A DNA stretch of 64,000 nucleotides, from the NCBI GenBank assembly GCA_002215675.1, contig NGFH01000011.1, positions 9,007 to 73,006 on the forward strand, given 5' to 3'. The first letter of the stretch is position 1. Every line of letters starts with the position of its first letter. The position numbers and the translations under genes were made by a program. The notes under the pieces were generated by a model, which saw only the letters and a program-made list of their open reading frames with translations, was not told the DNA's origin and made no database searches. Of this stretch, positions 58,596 through 64,000 are shown in pieces. The stretch is from Bacteroidetes bacterium 2013_40CM_41_45 (lineage in GTDB: Bacteria; Bacteroidota; Bacteroidia; AKYH767-A; 2013-40CM-41-45).

Positions 58596-59567
58596 ATGAT
58601 TACAGATGTGAATACCAGTTCAGACGAATTTGGATGGAGGCAATATGACCCGTTGATTGCAAGATGGCATGCTACCGACCCGGCAGAGCAATTTGCAAAT
58701 CCTTATCTTGCTATGGGAAATTCTCCAACATCATTCGTGGATTATGATGGAGCGCAGGGAGGTTCTGGCGGTACTAGTGGCACTACTGATTTGGAGCACA
58801 GTGGATATTCTTATGGTTCAGCATCGGATTTGGGTTATAATAGTGGGTATGATATGTATATGGCTATGCATTATGGTGGGGGTTGGGGTAGTGGTTACAT
58901 GACATCGTCTGGAGGCACTGGATTGGGTATAGGAGCTGATGGGAAAGGTGTGACATTTACTCGATATGGTGTTACTTCAGGAGACGGTACAGAATATAGT
59001 ACATGGGATGTAAATACTGCCCAGGATATTAAAGCTGCACTCACAGATTATGCGATGCAGTCAGGAAATTATGGTTATTCGTTACCACCCGTTTCTATAG
59101 AAGATTTAAGAATCAATCCCGGAGCCACACAGCAATGGGCTTATGATAATATTCCGGAATATGCTGGAAATAGTAGCCAGTGTCCAAATTGTTTAGATCC
59201 GGCGACTGTGAATAGGAATTGGCTTCATAGCTATATGGGACCTAACAATCCTCTAACCTATTCTAGAAGACCAGACTATTCAACGCCTCCAGTTACTCTG
59301 TCAGAAATACCAGCAATTGTACATGATAAATATTATGATTCACATAATGCCGCCGGATCAATGGATGTATTACTTAATCAGGCAGTTATTTCAGCTGATT
59401 GGAGATTTGTCGGATCGGAGTTAAGTTTGGCAATAAATCCATTTTTAGATATGAGTACGCGCTTGGAGGGATTTGCTTCCGGAGCGGTTCTTGGGACAGT
59501 TGCATTACCGAAAACTATATATAATTTCAGTACTATAAATGCGCGAATACGATATCACAAATATTAA
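58596..59567 (+). CDS. Orphan Rhs-CT cassette 1, phospholipase A2-like tip
   Basis: Near-identical copy of core/linker 57143-57550, then YMGPNNP..PV..IVHDKYYD..ADWRF. Confidence 0.78.
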   Translation: MITDVNTSSDEFGWRQYDPLIARWHATDPAEQFANPYLAMGNSPTSFVDYDGAQGGSGGTSGTTDLEHSGYSYGSASDLGYNSGYDMYMAMHYGGGWGSGYMTSSGGTGLGIGADGKGVTFTRYGVTSGDGTEYSTWDVNTAQDIKAALTDYAMQSGNYGYSLPPVSIEDLRINPGATQQWAYDNIPEYAGNSSQCPNCLDPATVNRNWLHSYMGPNNPLTYSRRPDYSTPPVTLSEIPAIVHDKYYDSHNAAGSMDVLLNQAVISADWRFVGSELSLAINPFLDMSTRLEGFASGAVLGTVALPKTIYNFSTINARIRYHKY

Positions 59568-59598
59568 CAGTATTTATAACGAATCAGATATAAGCTAA

Positions 59599-60066
59599 AT
59601 GTCAAAAAAAGGGAAAATACTTTTAGTGGTTATTGCTATTACCTTAGTATTTATCATAGTTAGGTTCGCTGGCATGATTGCCCCGGGAAGTTATCCATAC
59701 GCTGAAAGGTATGAGATAGAAATGCCGGAGGACTCATTGATACAATTGATAGAAACATTTAAAAGTGAAAATCCGGAGTATATTGTTCCACCTGAGGCGC
59801 AGCTTAAAGACGGAAGAAGTGGCGATTCCGATTATTGGTATCATATTTATTTTTATTACAGAGAAAAAAATCAAATCGTACATACATGGGTAAGAGCATC
59901 AGAGAAGCATTCAACTACTTTTGCATTTGATGCCGTTAATGATGGTTTGGTTCTTGGCAGATGGAAAACAGTTAACGATGACTTTGGCTTTTTTGAAAAT
60001 AGAAAAGTGAAAAAAGAGTTTGAAGATCGTATTTTAGAAAATGTGAAACGAATTAGTGTTAAATAA
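59599..60066 (+). CDS. Putative immunity protein of cassette 1 (N-terminal anchor)
   Basis: Follows the orphan CT; one TM/signal segment plus soluble domain. Confidence 0.7.
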   Translation: MSKKGKILLVVIAITLVFIIVRFAGMIAPGSYPYAERYEIEMPEDSLIQLIETFKSENPEYIVPPEAQLKDGRSGDSDYWYHIYFYYREKNQIVHTWVRASEKHSTTFAFDAVNDGLVLGRWKTVNDDFGFFENRKVKKEFEDRILENVKRISVK

Positions 60067-60070
60067 ATTC

Positions 60071-60165
60071 GGTAACGTATCAATCTATCACCTGATGAGA
60101 ATTTGAAATAAAAAGAGAGAAGATGAAAAGCGGACGGTAAAAATACTGTCCGCTTTGTTTTTTAC
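60071..60165 (+). repeat. IS1-type left-end module, copy 1
   Basis: GGTAACGTATCAATCTATCACCTGATGAGAATTTGAAATAAAAA plus AAAGCGGAC..GTCCGCTTT hairpin. Confidence 0.7.
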
Positions 60166-60213
60166 TTTTATAAGCAATTTAAATTAATTGATATTTTTTA
60201 CCACTATAATTCC

Positions 60214-61269
60214 ATGACCAACAACTGCAAGTTCCAGGGCAAGCGGCTCATAGCAGATGTGAATACCAGTTCAGATGAATTTGGCTGGCGGCAATATGAC
60301 CCCTTGGTTGGACGGTGGCATGCTACCGACCCGGCAGAGCAGTTTGCAAATCCTTATCTTGCAATGGGGAATACGCCAACATCATTCGTGGATTATGATG
60401 GAGCGCAGGGAGGTTCTGGCGGTACTAGTGGCACTACTGATTTGGAGCACAGTGGATATTCTTATGGTTCAGCATCGGATTTGGGTTATAATAGTGGGTA
60501 TGATATGTATATGGCTATGCATTATGGTGGGGGTTGGGGTAGTGGGTACATGACATCATACGGAGGATTTGCACCTCAAATTGCAGATGCAATTAATGGC
60601 GGTGGAACCGGCTGGAACATTAATCACTTACTAATGGAAGCTGGTGGAGATGCTGCGTTTTTTGATAATCCTAGCTCCGTGACTGGTGTAAGTATGAATG
60701 GCAATTCTATGATTATCTCTACAAGAGATTACTCAGTGGGTGACCTTGGATATAAACAAGGATATAGTCTGGTTGGAGATGGTAATTATTACGAATCCGA
60801 AATGGGAGGAGTATGTATGGCAGGAAGAGAGCATAACATTTCAGTTAATATAGGCAATATTAGCTTGGGCGATATTGGGTATTCCCTTGCTAACATAGGT
60901 TTTGGTATGCGTTTGACAGCTGACTTATATGGTAATGCCGCTAAAGGACTGGAAGCATCAAGAATAATCGCTGCAATTGGTACTGGAGCTACTTATGTTG
61001 GATACGCAGGAGTAGTTTTAGGGGCAGGAGCAGCTGTAATGGAAGTTGCAAATGATCCGTATTCTTTGGATAGTTACGCAAGGGCAGGTGTTCAGGTAGG
61101 AGCGTTAGCTGTGGCTCCAGTTCCATACGTTGGAATTGGCCTTTCAATAGGTATAGAGGTTGCACATGCTGCAGGGGCATTTGACGGGTTCTATAATTGG
61201 GCTGGTCAATATAGCGTCTCTTATCCATCTCCCATTCTAGGTTGGGCTGTGTACCATAAACACAAATAA
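60214..61269 (+). CDS. Orphan Rhs-CT cassette 2, paralogue of the main toxin tip
   Basis: Core copy up to GSGYMTS, then IGFGMRLT.DLYG..VPYVGIGL..YNWA shared with the main CT. Confidence 0.82.
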   Translation: MTNNCKFQGKRLIADVNTSSDEFGWRQYDPLVGRWHATDPAEQFANPYLAMGNTPTSFVDYDGAQGGSGGTSGTTDLEHSGYSYGSASDLGYNSGYDMYMAMHYGGGWGSGYMTSYGGFAPQIADAINGGGTGWNINHLLMEAGGDAAFFDNPSSVTGVSMNGNSMIISTRDYSVGDLGYKQGYSLVGDGNYYESEMGGVCMAGREHNISVNIGNISLGDIGYSLANIGFGMRLTADLYGNAAKGLEASRIIAAIGTGATYVGYAGVVLGAGAAVMEVANDPYSLDSYARAGVQVGALAVAPVPYVGIGLSIGIEVAHAAGAFDGFYNWAGQYSVSYPSPILGWAVYHKHK

Positions 61270-61272
61270 GCT

Positions 61273-61665
61273 ATGATTGATTATTTATTTTATAGGATAC
61301 ATAAAATTTTTTATAGTGCTCATGGTCAAACAAGAGGTGCTGTATTGGCAATGATGACCTTTTGCCTTATAATTTTTATTAACCTGTTAACGATATTGAA
61401 TTTTCTTGAAGCTTTTCGGATTTTGCCGGTTTTAGGTTTAGCTAAGTACCATGCGTACGTCATTGTCCTTTTCTTGTTCATTCCAGGGTATTTTGTTTTT
61501 ATTAGAAAGAAAAGATACGTTGAAATTGAAAACAGATTTAAAACTGAAAGCCATAGAGACAAGGAAGACGGGCGTAGTAAAGTGATGATATATATTCTTG
61601 TATCAGGAATCGCTTTTTTTATAGCAGCGGTGTTAAGGTATAATGTGATTCATCATCGTTTGTAG
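61273..61665 (+). CDS. Putative membrane immunity protein of cassette 2
   Basis: Paralogue of 58126..58515 (MIDY..GYFVF.RKK.Y.EI.NRFK.E..DGR.KV). Confidence 0.78.
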   Translation: MIDYLFYRIHKIFYSAHGQTRGAVLAMMTFCLIIFINLLTILNFLEAFRILPVLGLAKYHAYVIVLFLFIPGYFVFIRKKRYVEIENRFKTESHRDKEDGRSKVMIYILVSGIAFFIAAVLRYNVIHHRL

Positions 61666-61731
61666 ATTATTACGGAGCAAAGGGAGGAAACGGCGGCGCC
61701 TATAATAATAGTTATACAGATGGAGGCTCTT

Positions 61732-61840
61732 GGTAATGTATCAATCTATCACCTGATGAGAATTTGAAATAAAAAAGGAGAAAAAATTATCGAAATATGA
61801 AGAAGCGGATGACAAATATGTTGTCCGCTTTTTTTTTACT
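61732..61840 (+). repeat. IS1-type left-end module, copy 2
   Basis: GGTAATGTATCAATCTATCACCTGATGAGAATTTGAAATAAAAAAGG plus AAGCGGATGACA..TGTTGTCCGCTT hairpin. Confidence 0.72.
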
Positions 61841-61887
61841 TTTATAAGCTATTTAAATTAATTGATATTTTTTACCACTATATTTCC

Positions 61888-62090
61888 ATGGCAAACAACC
61901 GCAAGTTCAAGAGCAAGCGGCTTATAGCAGATGTGAATACCAGTTCAGATGAATTTGGCTGGCGGCAATATGACCCCTTGGTTGCAAGATGGCATGCTAC
62001 CGACCCTGCAGAGCAATTTGCAAATCCTTATCTTGCTATGGGAAATTCTCCAACATCATTCGTGGATTATGATGGAGCGCAGGGAGGTTC
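61888..62090 (+). pseudogene. Orphan Rhs core copy truncated by an IS end
   Basis: Core to VDYDGAQGGS, then an abrupt junction to GGTAATG at 62091. Confidence 0.8.
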
Positions 62091-62917
62091 GGTAATGTTT
62101 CAATCTGTCACCTGATGAGAATTTGAAATAAAAAAGGAGAAAAAATTCTTGAAATGCAAAGAAGCGGATGACAAATATGTTGTCCGTTTTTGTTTTGTAC
62201 GTTTATACGTCATCTAACTCATTGAAAATTTCTTTTATGTTTCAAAGTATCACCCATGCCATGCAGCAATGTAAATATTGCGAAGCGGAATGTGTTAAAA
62301 AAGGATTTCAGAAAAATGGAAATCAAAAATTGCGATGCGTAAGATGCAAAAGATACCAGCTTGCCCATTATACAAATAGGGCCTGGCTGAATAATGTGAA
62401 TGAGACCATCTCTACTCTTGTAAAAGAAAGCTGCGGTATCAGAAGCATCGGGCGAATTCTAAAAATTAGTCCGGCAACAGTGATAAAAAGAATCAAAATA
62501 ATTGCTGCTTCCATTGGGAAACCCGTAATTTCCCTGGGAAAGAAATATGAGTTGGATGAGATGAGAACGTTCGTGCGAAAAAAGACAAATACTTATTGGA
62601 TAGCATACGCGATAGAAAAAGGTACTAAAAGTATTATCGATTTTAAAGTCGGAAGAAGAACATTGAAAACGCTGGGAAGCGTTGTAGATACGCTGAAGTT
62701 GGCAAAGGCAGAAAGAATTTATACAGATTCACTCAATTTATACCATTCCCTGATAAGAAAAGAAATTCATTGCAAAAGAAGATTTACAATCAATCATATT
62801 GAGCGAATGAATCTAACATTACGCACGCATTTAAAGCGATTAAACCGCAGAACCATATGTTATTCTCGCAATGCACTGATGCTCGAAGCGTGCCTGAAAA
62901 TTTATTTCTGGAGTTAA
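62091..62917 (+). mobile_element. IS1-family element: left end plus transposase; right IR not found
   Basis: Begins GGTAATG, like IS1 termini; leads into an InsAB-type ORF. Confidence 0.72.
62261..62917 (+). CDS. IS1-family transposase (single in-frame InsAB)
   Basis: CKYC..KG..CVRC zinc finger; GIRSIGRILKIS HTH; ELDEM, YTD, NHIERMNLTLR..LKRL.RRT DDE motifs. Confidence 0.9.
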   Translation: MQQCKYCEAECVKKGFQKNGNQKLRCVRCKRYQLAHYTNRAWLNNVNETISTLVKESCGIRSIGRILKISPATVIKRIKIIAASIGKPVISLGKKYELDEMRTFVRKKTNTYWIAYAIEKGTKSIIDFKVGRRTLKTLGSVVDTLKLAKAERIYTDSLNLYHSLIRKEIHCKRRFTINHIERMNLTLRTHLKRLNRRTICYSRNALMLEACLKIYFWS

Positions 62918-63118
62918 AGTTTCCTTATTTTAGGACTTGTCATTTCCAATTTAAGAAAGGGGCTTGGGAAAAAGTATTTTCCCCGCAAGATTGCGTGTGG
63001 TGGTACAGTGTACAGACCACACGCAATCTTGCTGTACGGTTATCCCTTTTGTTTGGGCTGCAACTATGCAGGGCAGAAAAGCATCTTTTAATTGTAACAT
63101 TCCACTAAACAAAATGTG

Positions 63119-64000
63119 ATGAATAAAAGCATTTACACTTACCCAATAAGAATTCTGGCGTTATTAAGTTTTATTATCGTATTTCCGGCTGTTGTTAACG
63201 CTCAGTGGAGTGTGCCTGTCAACCTTTCTCCTAATGCTGTTTCAGCGGGATTAAATGAAAGCATGGGTTCCTGCATTGGCGTTAGCGGTGATACGGTTCA
63301 TGTTGTTTGGGGCGACCGCTTCAACACAACGCATGGCGCAATCTATTACACACACACTCTTGATTCGGGCTTTACATGGAGTGTTCCCGTTGCTATTTCA
63401 GATACAAACGGCAATGCTTGGAATGCTGCAATAGCTGTCAATGGTTCTAACGTGCATGTTGTCTGGAGAGAAATTGATACGCTGAACAATCATCGCTCCT
63501 CGCATTACATCCATTCTTTAGACGGAGGAAACACATGGGGAACAAGCATGACCATTGATTCCGTTGTTGCTGACTGGCCCGCTGTTACAGTGTCGGGCAA
63601 CCATGTTTATGTTGCTAATGATATTGTTACTTCCGCTGTTCCTTACAACACCGAAATATTTTTCCTGAGGTCTTTAGATAATGGCGCAACATGGAGCCCG
63701 CATCAGCAGATAACTTTTGCTTCAGGTCGTTCGGAAGATGAAGCTATCAATGCTGAAGGTTCTCATATATTCATGTCGTGGAATGATAACCGGAGCGGGC
63801 AGATGCAAATCTTCTATAAACATTCCGGAGATTACGGAGCAACATGGGACCCGGAGGTTGCGGTAATTCCTCCCAGTGGTTATGGCACGATGGTAAGTGT
63901 TGACAATGCAAGCATTGACGTAATAGCGGCTGGCGCTCCTTCAGGTCATTATCAAATACTTTTAGCGCAGTCGACTGACACAGGTGCAAGTTGGAGTACG
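63119..64000 (+). CDS. Secreted BNR/Asp-box (sialidase-like beta-propeller) protein, runs off the window
   Basis: MNKSIYTYPIRILALLSFIIVFPAVVNAQW signal peptide; repeated S.D.G.TW (LDSGFTW, SLDGGNTW, SLDNGATW, STDTGASW) with VHVVW. Confidence 0.85.
   Translation, partial: MNKSIYTYPIRILALLSFIIVFPAVVNAQWSVPVNLSPNAVSAGLNESMGSCIGVSGDTVHVVWGDRFNTTHGAIYYTHTLDSGFTWSVPVAISDTNGNAWNAAIAVNGSNVHVVWREIDTLNNHRSSHYIHSLDGGNTWGTSMTIDSVVADWPAVTVSGNHVYVANDIVTSAVPYNTEIFFLRSLDNGATWSPHQQITFASGRSEDEAINAEGSHIFMSWNDNRSGQMQIFYKHSGDYGATWDPEVAVIPPSGYGTMVSVDNASIDVIAAGAPSGHYQILLAQSTDTGASWST

Noticed and set aside
57100-62135. Repeats in the Rhs region as a CRISPR array or as DGR template/variable repeats
   Set aside because: The repeats are Rhs core coding copies and IS-like ends; there is no reverse transcriptase and no adenine-specific mismatch pattern.
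63091-63105. TGTAACATTCC as the right inverted repeat of the IS1 element
   Set aside because: Only a short, gapped match to the reverse complement of GGTAATGTTTCA and no target duplication; too weak to call.

Overview
Bacteroidota chromosome segment (TAnnTTTG -7 promoter boxes, T9SS cargo, TonB receptor, MurF-Alr fusion). About 1-18 kb is mostly housekeeping (sensor kinase, hemW, rsmI, M28 peptidase, tdk, murF-alr, rplM-rpsI-rpsB-tsf-pyrH, ABC-F ATPase), with an AT-rich islet at 8-11.5 kb (XRE/S24 repressor, nuclease-like and HEPN-like ORFs, hicAB). From about 18 kb the window looks like stacked genomic islands, each starting at a tRNA-3'-end-like att scar (about 17995 and 32978). Island A (18.0-32.9 kb) encodes a secreted or surface system: four paralogues of one uncharacterised ~250-aa domain, cohesin- and dockerin-like modules, a beta-helix protein, a FISUMP lipoprotein and a TonB receptor. 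It also has an orphan PhoB/OmpR regulator and a receiver-less copy, with 11-bp-period boxes upstream of its transcription units. The region after 33 kb carries a UvrD-nuclease/Mrr-like operon, gene relics, a glycosyltransferase-hydrolase-acetyltransferase-TM operon, and a 2777-aa Sec-exported Rhs toxin. The toxin is followed by orphan toxin/immunity cassettes separated by copies of an IS1-type left end, and the array finishes in an IS1 transposase with no visible right end. All calls come from reading the sequence; no database searches were run.
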